A stretch of 64,000 nucleotides of DNA from Patescibacteria group bacterium (GCA_043808365.1 JAZDEZ010000003.1:2628-66627); one strand, 5' to 3'; positions 54,700 through 63,759 are shown, counted from the first letter of the stretch. Translations and numbers: made by a program. Notes: generated by a model from the letters alone, not told the origin.

Positions 54700-54894
54700 C
54701 TACCCGTCAAGCTTTTTTGATCGCGATTGAAAGCGATCATCAATTTTTTGCCGATGCTTAGTTCGCGCAAGCACCTGCCGTGCCTTTTCCTGCCGGCTGA
54801 TTTCTGATTCATTTCGACTGCCGCATTCCTGACACTCAGTGTCATTAGTACATAAATACGCACCGCAACCTGAACAACGCATCCATCTTCCCAT
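54700..54894 (-). CDS. Small zinc-ribbon protein (64 aa) with basic tail
   Basis: It begins MGRWMRCSGCGAYLCTNDTECQECGS. AGGAGG lies 6 nt upstream of the ATG at 54894. The ORF-track N-terminal extension is rejected. Confidence 0.5.
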   Translation of the reverse strand: MGRWMRCSGCGAYLCTNDTECQECGSRNESEISRQEKARQVLARTKHRQKIDDRFQSRSKKLDG

Positions 54895-54896
54895 TT

Positions 54897-55049
54897 TTAC
54901 CTCCTTATAGGCGTGCGGGCATAACGCCATAACAATGGAAACCACCAGGCCATAATCAGGGTGGCAACCAATGAAATACACAAGCCAATAATTACATATA
55001 TCACAACAAATAGCACGTACAAGATCTGCATTACTCGATATCGTATCAT
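54897..55049 (-). CDS. Small single-TM peptide (50 aa)
   Basis: The sequence is MIRYRVMQILYVLFVVIYVIIGLCISLVATLIMAWWFPLLWRYARTPIRR. Its last codons (AGG AGG TAA) form the SD of the zinc-ribbon ORF. It is below the ORF-track cutoff. Confidence 0.35.
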   Translation of the reverse strand: MIRYRVMQILYVLFVVIYVIIGLCISLVATLIMAWWFPLLWRYARTPIRR

Positions 55050-55100
55050 GCTTGACTCCGATCTATTTATAAAGGTCTATGTTCTCATTTTCTAACTTAA

Positions 55101-55128
55101 TAGTCTACCAAAACTGCCTATTTTGTCA
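55101..55128 (-). promoter_or_regulatory. Predicted promoter TTGACA-N16-TAGACT
   Basis: Hexamers at 55123-55128 and 55101-55106 on the minus strand, upstream of the small-peptide/zinc-ribbon pair. Confidence 0.4.
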
Positions 55129-55277
55129 AGTCCAAACGGTAAAACCATCGGGAACTTCCAGCGCTAAAAACTACTCTACAAAAAAATCCGCCGGCATTCG
55201 TCAGCGGATATTCGGCGGGTAGGAAGTCCGGCCGTCTTTTGAGATGATTTCAGCCGGTTATCCAGCTGAAAAATGTG

Positions 55278-55631
55278 TCATGAATGCAAACAGTCTTCTA
55301 TGGCTCGTTGTAAGTCCATCGGCCCGTATCCCTTAGCTAAAAAGTGGATGGAATTTTTTTGAGCCGTATCGGCATATTTGAGTTCACTGCTCATTAGGAA
55401 TATCGGCTGTTCAGGGTCTTGTTCTAAAATGGAACGAGCGAGAGTAAAACCGTCCATGCCCGGCATTTCAACATCACTGATCACGAGAGCGAATTCACCG
55501 ACGATAAATTTTTCGAGAGCCTCCTGGCCAGATCCGGCCGCCACGATTTCAGTAAGACCCAATTCATTAAGCGAGTAAATGAGCACCTCTCGGGCGCCAC
55601 GAACATCATCAACAATCAGTATTTTTTTCAT
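55278..55631 (-). CDS. Stand-alone response-regulator receiver domain (CheY-like)
   Basis: 117 aa with the acidic pocket IVDD, the phospho-acceptor context LVISDVEMPGMDG, and a conserved K in FLAKG. There is no output domain and no kinase nearby. Confidence 0.85.
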   Translation of the reverse strand: MKKILIVDDVRGAREVLIYSLNELGLTEIVAAGSGQEALEKFIVGEFALVISDVEMPGMDGFTLARSILEQDPEQPIFLMSSELKYADTAQKNSIHFLAKGYGPMDLQRAIEDCLHS

Positions 55632-55674
55632 ATATCCTCCTTTGCGGATTGGAAGGAAAGGTACCTTTTAAATA

Positions 55675-55703
55675 AATCTAACAAAACAGACAACCCATGT
55701 CAA
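55675..55703 (-). promoter_or_regulatory. Predicted promoter TTGACA-N17-TAGATT
   Basis: Hexamers at 55698-55703 and 55675-55680 on the minus strand, upstream of the receiver gene. Confidence 0.4.
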
Positions 55704-55796
55704 GTCACTTTACAAAACAAATAATAACCATTAGATAGGAAGAAGCTACCACGCCGAAATAGAACGTTATACCGCACAACTGCCGGTCGTGAATGA

Positions 55797-55836
55797 ATTA
55801 AAAATGCCCTTCACCGCGAAATAGCGAAGGGCATTA
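55797..55836 (-). terminator. Intrinsic terminator after the Nudix-like gene
   Basis: AATGCCCTTC-13 nt-GAAGGGCATT followed by U5 on the minus strand. Confidence 0.65.
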
Positions 55837-55861
55837 ACAATGAACGTTCGGTCAGTGGTCG

Positions 55862-56398
55862 TCAACGTGTTTTGAAGTACGCCACTGCCATAGGGATGAT
55901 CCATTGAATATGATGATCAACCACGTCGGCGGGCAATGCATCGACCGAAACCCACTCACCGCCGACTGGCTCGTCTTTCAACTTAGCCAGATAGATGCGA
56001 GAATTAAACCATCCCCGCTTTTCGTGGCAGAAAACTTCATCAACGTAGACAAAGTCACTGACAGGAACATGAAAATCTTGTTCCCCGATTCGGCGCATGA
56101 CATCGACCGGTTTTTCACCCGCACGAAGAATACTCCCCGGTGAATGCAGCATGTCCGGATAGGCCGCATCCTGAGGAGAACGACGGGTGAGAAACACCTC
56201 AATCCTTACGTCGCGTTCACGAAGGACGACAGCCTCAATGGCCACCGATGGAACGAGCCGGGCGATAGCGCCGTAGAGTTCCGGAGAATATGGTCCGGAC
56301 GGGTCAATTGATTGCAATACCTGCAATACATCCCGAGAAACTGTTTGAAAACCCACTGTAAACTCCTTTGATAAAGGGCGATTTTTCGATTTATCCAT
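55862..56398 (-). CDS. Hypothetical protein, possibly a degenerate Nudix-fold hydrolase
   Basis: 178 aa. The segment GSILRAGEKPVDVMRRIGEQDF loosely fits the E-x7-R...E part of a Nudix box. The match is weak. Confidence 0.4.
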   Translation of the reverse strand: MDKSKNRPLSKEFTVGFQTVSRDVLQVLQSIDPSGPYSPELYGAIARLVPSVAIEAVVLRERDVRIEVFLTRRSPQDAAYPDMLHSPGSILRAGEKPVDVMRRIGEQDFHVPVSDFVYVDEVFCHEKRGWFNSRIYLAKLKDEPVGGEWVSVDALPADVVDHHIQWIIPMAVAYFKTR

Positions 56399-56560
56399 TA
56401 ACCGGATATAATAGCAGAATCATGAAAAAAGTCAATCCCCTTGCCAAAAAAAGTGCCGTATCATACAATACACACACAAGACCTTCCCATAAACGAAAGG
56501 TCTTGTTTTTATAAACACTTTTTTAGAGCAATAATCAACCGCTAATAATCTATGGCATTA

Positions 56561-56615
56561 ATAACCAATATCCAATCAACAATTTCCAATGAAATCCCAA
56601 TGTCAAATTTCCGAA
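56561..56615 (+). repeat. Left arm of CCAAT-repeat inverted flank around the four-helix-bundle gene
   Basis: Four CCAAT units at 56565, 56572, 56586 and 56597. The blocks AATATCCAAT, CCAATGAA and TCAAATTTCC have nested complements in the right arm. Confidence 0.6.
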
Positions 56616-56977
56616 TAGAAAATAAAAAATTTGATCTTGAAGAAAGGACAATGAAGTTCGGCCGATCAGTTATAGCACTTACCAAAAAAGTTTATGAATC
56701 TTCCGTTACAAGGCCGTTGATAACCCAATTGGTTCGGTCAGCCACAAGTATTGGAGCAAATTACTGCGAGGCGGATAATGCCGAATCAAGAAAGGATTTT
56801 AAGCATAAAATCAGTATTTGCCGCAAGGAATCCAAGGAAACCAAACATTGGTTGAATATGCTTATGGAGGCAGTACCGGCGCATCATCAAGATTTGAAGG
56901 TTTTATTGCAAGAAGCTACCGAATTGACATTAATTTTCAACGCAATCGTTAATTCAACTATTAGTAATTCACATTAG
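56600..56977 (+). CDS. Four-helix-bundle protein (23S rRNA intervening-sequence protein family, the family that includes DGR Avd)
   Basis: LEERTMKFGRSVIALTKKV...QLVRSATSIGANYCEADNAESRKDFKHKISICRKESKETKHWLNML is the family signature. The start was taken at the ATG at 56600. Confidence 0.85.
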   Translation: MSNFRIENKKFDLEERTMKFGRSVIALTKKVYESSVTRPLITQLVRSATSIGANYCEADNAESRKDFKHKISICRKESKETKHWLNMLMEAVPAHHQDLKVLLQEATELTLIFNAIVNSTISNSH

Positions 56978-57032
56978 TCATTGGACATTTGATCATTCAT
57001 TGGGTATTGGATATTCGGGAATTGGATATTAA
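56975..57032 (+). repeat. Right arm of the inverted flank (ATTGG repeats)
   Basis: Four ATTGG units at 56980, 56999, 57006 and 57021. GGACATTTGA, TTCATTGG and ATTGGATATT pair in nested order with the left arm. Confidence 0.6.
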
Positions 57033-57050
57033 TTAAAATTATGTTTCACA

Positions 57051-58169
57051 ATGTCGAATAATAAAACTTTATCTGAACACACGCAATCTGATCTACCATA
57101 CTGGATCGCCTGGTCTCATGTTGAATCAATCGGCCCGCAGAAATTCAAGCTGCTCAATGCTTATTTCCCCAGCATGGAAGCGGCCTGGCACTCAGGCCGG
57201 TACGATCTTAAACAATCCGGATTAAGCGACAAGGATATCATTACTTTTTCCGCTCGCCGGGATGAACTTGACCCCGCGCAATTATTTGAAAAAATTCAGA
57301 AGCTGAATATTTCCATAATTACTGTTATTGATGCCGCGTATCCGCGCCGGCTCAAGGAAATCCACTCTCCGCCCAGCGTACTCTACGTAAAAGGCACATT
57401 GCCCGCTCATTTAGACTTGGCCTTGGCAGTGGTTGGTACGCGCAAGACATCGCCCTATGGCCGGACCATCACTCCCACCCTGGTAGGCGCTTTGGCCCGG
57501 ACCGGGGTGATTATCGTATCAGGACTGGCGTTAGGCATCGATGCCCTATCCCACCAGGCAGCGGTTGATGCGGGCGGCCAGACCATTGCCGTCCTGGGAT
57601 GCGGGTTGGATGAAATATATCCGGTTTCTAACCGGCATTTGGCTGATGAAATAACCGCGCATGGCGGGGCGATCGTATCCGAATACCCGCCTGGCACCCG
57701 GCCATTACGCCAGCACTTCCCGGCCCGCAACCGGATCATTTCCGGCCTGTCCCGCGGTGTACTGGTTATTGAAGGCAGCGAAGACTCCGGATCGCTCATT
57801 ACAGCCCGGTGCGCGATTGACCAGAACCGTGAAGTATTGGCCGTACCGGGCAATATCATGTCAAAAACGTCCGCTGGGCCTAATAACCTGATAAAAATGG
57901 GCGCCAAGGCCGTTACCTCCACAGAAGACATATTGGCGGCTTTAGACTTGGAATTAGCCGAGCAGTTCAGGGAAAATTCCGCCATCATCCCCGCTTCGCC
58001 CGATGAAGAAAAATTACTGGGGTGCATCGGGCATGAGCCGGTGCACATTGACGAAATTATCCAGAAGAGTAAACTGAACACCAGTATCATCAATTCCACG
58101 CTGACCATGATGGAAATGAAAGGAATCGTCCGTCACCTTGGCGGAATGTATTACGTTCGCTCACGCTAA
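57051..58169 (+). CDS. dprA: DNA processing protein DprA (Smf)
   Basis: 372 aa with the Rossmann-like core VVGTRKTSPYG...IVSGLALGIDALSHQAA...GGQTIAVLGCGLD...FPARNRIISGLS and a C-terminal winged-helix segment. Confidence 0.92.
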   Translation: MSNNKTLSEHTQSDLPYWIAWSHVESIGPQKFKLLNAYFPSMEAAWHSGRYDLKQSGLSDKDIITFSARRDELDPAQLFEKIQKLNISIITVIDAAYPRRLKEIHSPPSVLYVKGTLPAHLDLALAVVGTRKTSPYGRTITPTLVGALARTGVIIVSGLALGIDALSHQAAVDAGGQTIAVLGCGLDEIYPVSNRHLADEITAHGGAIVSEYPPGTRPLRQHFPARNRIISGLSRGVLVIEGSEDSGSLITARCAIDQNREVLAVPGNIMSKTSAGPNNLIKMGAKAVTSTEDILAALDLELAEQFRENSAIIPASPDEEKLLGCIGHEPVHIDEIIQKSKLNTSIINSTLTMMEMKGIVRHLGGMYYVRSR

Positions 58170-58316
58170 TTATCGCCAATGATCTCTAATGATCGCGAAA
58201 AACGCGAATGATATGGCTCAACTGATATATCCTGAACTCAGTTATAAATTGATGTCATTAATTTTCAGAGAGGATAGGTTAGAATATAAACGCATAATAA
58301 ATAATAGCCTCTGAAT

Positions 58317-58367
58317 ATTCGCGATAAACATTAGCGAAAATTCGCGTAAATTTGCGAATATTAGCGA
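58317..58367 (+). promoter_or_regulatory. Five phased ATTNGCGW repeats immediately upstream of topA
   Basis: ATTCGCGA, ATTAGCGA, ATTCGCGT, ATTTGCGA and ATTAGCGA start at 58317, 58330, 58340, 58350 and 58360. The last four have exact 10-nt spacing. The final copy ends 5 nt before the ATG. Confidence 0.5.
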
Positions 58368-58372
58368 TCCCT

Positions 58373-60652
58373 ATGGCAAAAAAAGAACTCATAATAGTTG
58401 AGTCACCCACTAAAGCAAAAACTATCTCCCGCTTCCTCGGGAGCAAGTTTCACGTGGAGGCGTCTTTCGGGCATATCCGCGACCTGCCGCGCTCAAAAAT
58501 GGGCGTGGATACCGAGCATGATTTCCAGCCGCAATACGTCATTCCGCGCGACAAACAGAAGACGCTGACTAAATTGCGGAAGCTGGCCCTCTCGTCCACA
58601 ACCATCTATTTCGCGACTGACGAAGACCGCGAAGGCGAAGCCATCTCCTGGCATCTCCTAGAATCATTCAAGACTGACAAGAAAAACGTGAAAAAGCCCG
58701 TTGATCCGGCGGCGATAGACGCCAAGGCGAAAAGGATCGTATTCCATGAAATAACGGAAAAAGCGATCAATGAAGCACTGAAAAATCCGCGCCAATTGGA
58801 CATGCACCTGGTGGATGCCCAACAAGCACGACGAGTTTTAGATCGGCTCGTTGGCTACGAACTGTCGCCTTTCCTCTGGAAAAAGGTGGCCAAAGGCCTA
58901 TCAGCCGGCCGCGTGCAATCCGTAGCGCTCAAGTTAATCGTTGAACGCCAGCGGGAAATTGACGCGTTCAAGCCGGAAGAATACTGGACAATTGAAGCCG
59001 TGTTCCACAAGCAAAAAGGCGAAGCCGTGGACATCAAGGCCAAATTATACAAAGATTCTGGCAAATCCCTGGAAAAATTCGCCATAAAAAACGATAAGGA
59101 AGCAAACGCCCTGCTAAAAAAACTGGCAGACGCGAAATATTCCGTGGCCGACGTGCAGGCCAAGGTGTCAAAAAAAAATCCCCCGTCGCCGTTCACCACT
59201 TCGACATTGCAGCAGGAAGCCAACCGGCGCTTCGGCTTCTCGGCCAGGCAAACGATGATGCTGGCCCAGCAATTATACGAAGGCGTGGACCTGGGCAACA
59301 ACCGCCGTGAAGGCTTGATCACGTACATGCGCACAGATTCACTCAACCTGTCAGATAAATTCTTGAATGAATCAAAAGAATTCCTCATAAAATCTTTTGG
59401 CGCGCCGTACTCTTTAACAGAACCGCGCCAATTCAAAGCCAAATCAAAACTGGCCCAGGAAGCGCATGAAGCCATCCGGCCGACCGAAGTCGTGAATTCG
59501 CCCGAGGCAGTGCGGACATTTCTTGACCCAAGACAATTTAAACTGTATGAATTGGTTTGGCAGCGCGCCGTGGCCGGCCAAATGCCCGAGGCCATCATGA
59601 ATAACGTAGTTATCGACATTAATGACGGTTCAAACACCTACACGTTCCGCGCGACCGGCTCGACCATCAAATTCGACGGCTTCATGAAGGTCTATAACCT
59701 GGTCAAAGAAAACGCGGTGCCGGCCGTCGAAGCCGGCGAACCGCTCGACGCGAAAACCATCGAACCGCTCCAGCATTTTACCGAACCGCCGGCGCAATAT
59801 TCAGAGGCTGGGCTGGTCCACGCGCTGGAAGAACGCGACATTGGCCGGCCATCCACCTACGCGCCGACCATCGCTACGCTTATCGAAAGGAATTACGTGA
59901 ACAAGGAACAGGGCCGCCTGAAACCCACGGAAATCGGCGGCCATGTCTGCGACGTACTGACCGAGCATTTTCCGGTTATTATGGACTATAAATTCACCGC
60001 CCATATGGAAAACGATCTTGATTCAATCGCTGGCGGAGCCAAGCAATGGGTGCCGGTGATCCGGGAATTTTACGACCCTTTTAAAAAAAATCTTATGAAA
60101 AAGCACGAGGAGGTGGCAAAATCTGAAATCACGTCAGATGTCGTCTGCGACAAGTGCGGCCAGCCCATGGTCATCAAGATGAGCCGGTTCGGCAAATTCC
60201 TCGCCTGCACCGGATATCCGGAATGCCGGAACACCAAACCGCTCGACCAGAATGGCGCCGTCATGGAGCATCCGCCGGAGCACCAGACGGACGAAAAATG
60301 CGACAAGTGCGGATCGCCCTTTGTATTGAAGCACGGGCGGTTCGGGCCGTTCTTCGCCTGTTCGGCCTATCCGAAATGCAAAAACATAAAAAACATCCAG
60401 CAGAAAACCGGCGTCACCTGCCCGCAATGCAACCAGGGCGATATCGTAGTCAAGCGCTCAAAGCAGGGGCGTACATTCTATTCGTGCAACCGCTATCCGG
60501 AATGCAAATTCGCCCTCTGGTCAAAACCAACCGGCGAGAAATGCCCGACCTGCGGCTCGCTCCTCGTCTACGCTGCCGGCGGCAAGGCACGTTGCTCCAA
60601 TAAGGAATGTAAATTTGAAAAAATCACCGATACCCAGAAAACCGATGAATAA
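58373..60652 (+). CDS. topA: DNA topoisomerase I
   Basis: It has a Toprim N-terminus (LIIVESPTKAKTI), the active-site region GLITYMRTDS and four C-terminal CxxC...CxxC zinc ribbons. The start was taken at the ATG at 58373. Confidence 0.96.
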   Translation: MAKKELIIVESPTKAKTISRFLGSKFHVEASFGHIRDLPRSKMGVDTEHDFQPQYVIPRDKQKTLTKLRKLALSSTTIYFATDEDREGEAISWHLLESFKTDKKNVKKPVDPAAIDAKAKRIVFHEITEKAINEALKNPRQLDMHLVDAQQARRVLDRLVGYELSPFLWKKVAKGLSAGRVQSVALKLIVERQREIDAFKPEEYWTIEAVFHKQKGEAVDIKAKLYKDSGKSLEKFAIKNDKEANALLKKLADAKYSVADVQAKVSKKNPPSPFTTSTLQQEANRRFGFSARQTMMLAQQLYEGVDLGNNRREGLITYMRTDSLNLSDKFLNESKEFLIKSFGAPYSLTEPRQFKAKSKLAQEAHEAIRPTEVVNSPEAVRTFLDPRQFKLYELVWQRAVAGQMPEAIMNNVVIDINDGSNTYTFRATGSTIKFDGFMKVYNLVKENAVPAVEAGEPLDAKTIEPLQHFTEPPAQYSEAGLVHALEERDIGRPSTYAPTIATLIERNYVNKEQGRLKPTEIGGHVCDVLTEHFPVIMDYKFTAHMENDLDSIAGGAKQWVPVIREFYDPFKKNLMKKHEEVAKSEITSDVVCDKCGQPMVIKMSRFGKFLACTGYPECRNTKPLDQNGAVMEHPPEHQTDEKCDKCGSPFVLKHGRFGPFFACSAYPKCKNIKNIQQKTGVTCPQCNQGDIVVKRSKQGRTFYSCNRYPECKFALWSKPTGEKCPTCGSLLVYAAGGKARCSNKECKFEKITDTQKTDE

Positions 60653-61592
60653 AATTCTCGTCACCGGCGCAGCCGGACAGGTTGGCTCGGCATTAGTGCC
60701 TGCCTTGCAAAAAAAATTCGGCTCTGATGATGTCATTGCCGGAATCTTAAAAAACACTGCCCTGAGTTACCAGGCCCGAATAGAGTATTTAGATACGACA
60801 GACAAGGCTTCATTGAGAAACGCGATACAAAAACACGGCATTTCCATCATCTGTCACCTCGCCGGCATGCTGTCAGCGGCCAGTGAAAAAGAACCTGACC
60901 GATCATGGCGCGTGAACTTTGACGGGCTAAAAAATGTCCTCGATGTTGCCCGGGACATGAACATTTCAAAAATTTTCTGGCCCAGTTCAATCGCCGCATT
61001 CGGCCCGAATACACCCAGGGACAACGCTCCCCAGTCGACCATCCTTGAGCCGTCCACCATCTATGGCGCGGCCAAGGTAGCCGGTGAATTGCTGTGCAAC
61101 TATTACCGCCACCGGTACAAACTCGATGTGCGCAGCCTGCGGTATCCCGGCCTGATCAGTCACGCCGCTCCGCCGTCAGACGGTACGACGGAATACTCAA
61201 TCTCCATGTTTTATGCCGCTTTGCAACACCAGCCGTTCATCTGCTTCCTCGCGTCAGACACCGCCCTGCCCATGATGTACATGGATGACGCGGTCAAGGC
61301 GACGATCGATCTCATGGAAGCTAATCCGGACACATTGACGGTCCGCACCAGCTATAATATCACAGCTTTCAGTTTTACTCCGGCTGAATTAGCAAGCCTG
61401 ATCAAACAAGAAATCGCTGATTTCCAGATTACGTACCAGCCTGATTTCCACCAAGCCATTGCCGACTCCTGGCCAACCAGCATTGACGATTCGCGGGCTC
61501 AGCAAGATTGGGGCTGGCAACCGGCCTTTGACCTGGAAGAGATGACTAAAGACATGTTTCTGAATCTGAAAAAAAAGCTCAACATCAAATAG
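60645..61592 (+). CDS. tdh: Extended-SDR NAD-dependent L-threonine 3-dehydrogenase-like epimerase/dehydratase
   Basis: ILVTGAAGQVGS, the catalytic YGAAK and ...LPMMYMDDAV...IADSWPTSIDDS...DWGW match SDR-type TDH as I remember it. The start at 60645 overlaps the topA stop by 8 nt. Confidence 0.75.
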   Translation: MNKILVTGAAGQVGSALVPALQKKFGSDDVIAGILKNTALSYQARIEYLDTTDKASLRNAIQKHGISIICHLAGMLSAASEKEPDRSWRVNFDGLKNVLDVARDMNISKIFWPSSIAAFGPNTPRDNAPQSTILEPSTIYGAAKVAGELLCNYYRHRYKLDVRSLRYPGLISHAAPPSDGTTEYSISMFYAALQHQPFICFLASDTALPMMYMDDAVKATIDLMEANPDTLTVRTSYNITAFSFTPAELASLIKQEIADFQITYQPDFHQAIADSWPTSIDDSRAQQDWGWQPAFDLEEMTKDMFLNLKKKLNIK

Positions 61593-61607
61593 CGCAAGCA
61601 AACAAAT

Positions 61608-61632
61608 CGAGACGATACACAGTCTCGTTTTA
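61608..61632. terminator. Bidirectional terminator between convergent genes
   Basis: CGAGAC-gatacaca-GTCTCG flanked by A/T runs on both sides. Confidence 0.55.
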
Positions 61633-63759
61633 TTATTTTTTATTATCAGCAGACCCATTTTCGCTGGCCGAAATCTGCTGATTAATCTCAACAAGTAGCT
61701 GGAGGATAGTCTGGTCGTCTGGTTTGATGCGCCGCGCCTCTTCCAATGATTTTTTAGCGCCGCTAATGTCCCCTTGCGCTTGCAAAGCATAGGCGATATT
61801 CACGTCAGCCAGGTAAAAATCCTTTTGTAACGATTTTGCCGTATTAAAATTTTTTATTGCCCCGTCCAATAGGGGCGGCGACAATTTTTTTATCTCTTCA
61901 TTTGTCGATTGGGCGTCTGCCTGAGCCTGCACGAGCATGGAGCGGCCAAGGTTCAAGAACGCCAGAGGATTTGTCGGCTCCAATTCAGTTAGCCGGGCGT
62001 AAGCATTCATGGCTAATTGGTCAGCATTGCCAATGAGGTTTCGCAGGTTGTCGTATAGCGCCGCGGTCTGTTCATATACTATGGCGTTATTCTGACCCGC
62101 TGGCCGAGCTTGCTTGAGGGCATCAACGGCTTTTTGCACTTCTTCTTTAATAGCATCCTGACGCGCGTCAGTCTTTGCCGCTTCCAGCTGAGCCGCAGTC
62201 GCGTAGCCTTGCGCCAACGCCACCCAATACCCGGGCTCGTGGGGATTATATGCCGTTGCCCGTACAAGCAATTTTTCAATTTCACCGACTGCGCTTTGCC
62301 GTTGAATCAATTCACCGGCCCGATAATAATAATAGTCAGCCAACCAATATCGGACGCTGAAATATCCGGAAGTTAACGCAACAACGCTGACGATGGCCAC
62401 ACTGGCCAAAACGGCAAACCAGGCAAAACCATAAGTCTTTATCGCGACTTTTTTTTCTTTAAACTCTTCCGGCTGAACCATGCGGCAGTGCAGCCCCAGC
62501 CATAGCCACCACAAAAAGCAAAGAATAAAATTAAACGGGGTCAAAAAGTAAACCATTACCAGTGCCAGCCAAACCATCAGAACGGTTATGGACCAAACCC
62601 ATTGATTATTTCCGCTTTGCCAATCAGCATAAAACTTTTTTGCGACTCGTGCCAAAAACCAGACGGCTAATGCCAATTGGATAACGACAAATCCGGCTCC
62701 CAGTTGAGCCAACTGGCCCCACCATTCACTGCCGGACTTATTGAAACGGATGCTGGCGAGCGGCGTATTATTGAAACTAGCCGGCCGATACCGCTGGAAA
62801 TCATCCGCGAATGTCTGCGGCCCAGTGCCCCAGACCGGCGAATGGCTCAGGCTGCGCCAGGCAATGGCCGCGGAAGAACGCTGGTCCAGGACAAGCGTCG
62901 TACTCATTTTGACGTGCGTTAACTGAGGGATATTGACCACGAGCGCCAATGCCAAAAGGACAATGGCAACCAATGGAATGGCAATTTCCCACTTGCTGAA
63001 TGATTTAGCGTGCCATGATATTGCTATGGAAAAAACGAATAAACCAACCAGCAAAATATATACAGCCAACGGTTTGCCGGATAGTATCACCAGGGCTAAA
63101 TGCACAAAAGCCGAACCGCCAAAAAATATTTTCCAATATCGGCTGCTATTTTGCCATAATAAAGATATTGCGACTAAACAAAATAACGAGGCGACGATGG
63201 CTGCAGTGATTGACGAGGCAGCGGCCAGATTAAAACGAATATCATGAGTGATGCCCCATGGCAGTGCGTATAGTCCATAACTTTGCAAAATGCCCAATCC
63301 AGAAACGAAAGTTACGGATACTGCCAGCGCTTTGACGATCCACTGCCAATCGTCTCGGTGCCTGGTAGTACCAATAAGCGTAAAAAAGAAAAGCAGAAAC
63401 GCGATTAGACTTGCGGCATTCCCGCTAAAGGCCCCTCCCGTTCCGGACAGGCTCGCGTAATGATCAGATGAAAAAATCACGCTGGCCAGCACGCACACGG
63501 ACATTCCCACGGCTAACCATAGGGCTTTATGAGAGAAAAACCTGATCTCGCGCCGGCTGATCCAGCCGGCCATAGTCAGTACCGCCGCAACAAATACCGC
63601 CAAAACAAAAACAATCGTCTTATTGAGTTCCTGAGGAAAACTACCAACCGGCAGGAAAAATATTGGAGCCAAACAAATAAGAAATCGAACTATCCAGCGC
63701 ATTGCCCGCGGCTCCTCCTGAGCATGAAATCCCATAAATCGACGGATGATTGCCAACAT
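61633..63759 (-). CDS. Polytopic membrane protein with C-terminal TPR repeats (O-antigen ligase/polymerase-like)
   Basis: 708 aa with about 12 TM helices, then TPR-like helical repeats (AYALQAQGDISGAKKSLEEARRIKPDD). The family assignment is by architecture. Confidence 0.55.
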   Translation of the reverse strand: MLAIIRRFMGFHAQEEPRAMRWIVRFLICLAPIFFLPVGSFPQELNKTIVFVLAVFVAAVLTMAGWISRREIRFFSHKALWLAVGMSVCVLASVIFSSDHYASLSGTGGAFSGNAASLIAFLLFFFTLIGTTRHRDDWQWIVKALAVSVTFVSGLGILQSYGLYALPWGITHDIRFNLAAASSITAAIVASLFCLVAISLLWQNSSRYWKIFFGGSAFVHLALVILSGKPLAVYILLVGLFVFSIAISWHAKSFSKWEIAIPLVAIVLLALALVVNIPQLTHVKMSTTLVLDQRSSAAIAWRSLSHSPVWGTGPQTFADDFQRYRPASFNNTPLASIRFNKSGSEWWGQLAQLGAGFVVIQLALAVWFLARVAKKFYADWQSGNNQWVWSITVLMVWLALVMVYFLTPFNFILCFLWWLWLGLHCRMVQPEEFKEKKVAIKTYGFAWFAVLASVAIVSVVALTSGYFSVRYWLADYYYYRAGELIQRQSAVGEIEKLLVRATAYNPHEPGYWVALAQGYATAAQLEAAKTDARQDAIKEEVQKAVDALKQARPAGQNNAIVYEQTAALYDNLRNLIGNADQLAMNAYARLTELEPTNPLAFLNLGRSMLVQAQADAQSTNEEIKKLSPPLLDGAIKNFNTAKSLQKDFYLADVNIAYALQAQGDISGAKKSLEEARRIKPDDQTILQLLVEINQQISASENGSADNKK

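Noticed and set aside
56470-56515. A tiny sRNA, suggested by TTGCCA-N18-TACAAT followed by the hairpin AAGACCTT...AAGGTCTT and a T5 run.
   Set aside because: The transcript would be only about 45 nt. The hairpin more likely belongs to the leader of the four-helix-bundle gene or to the divergent promoter region of the Nudix-like gene. There is no independent support.
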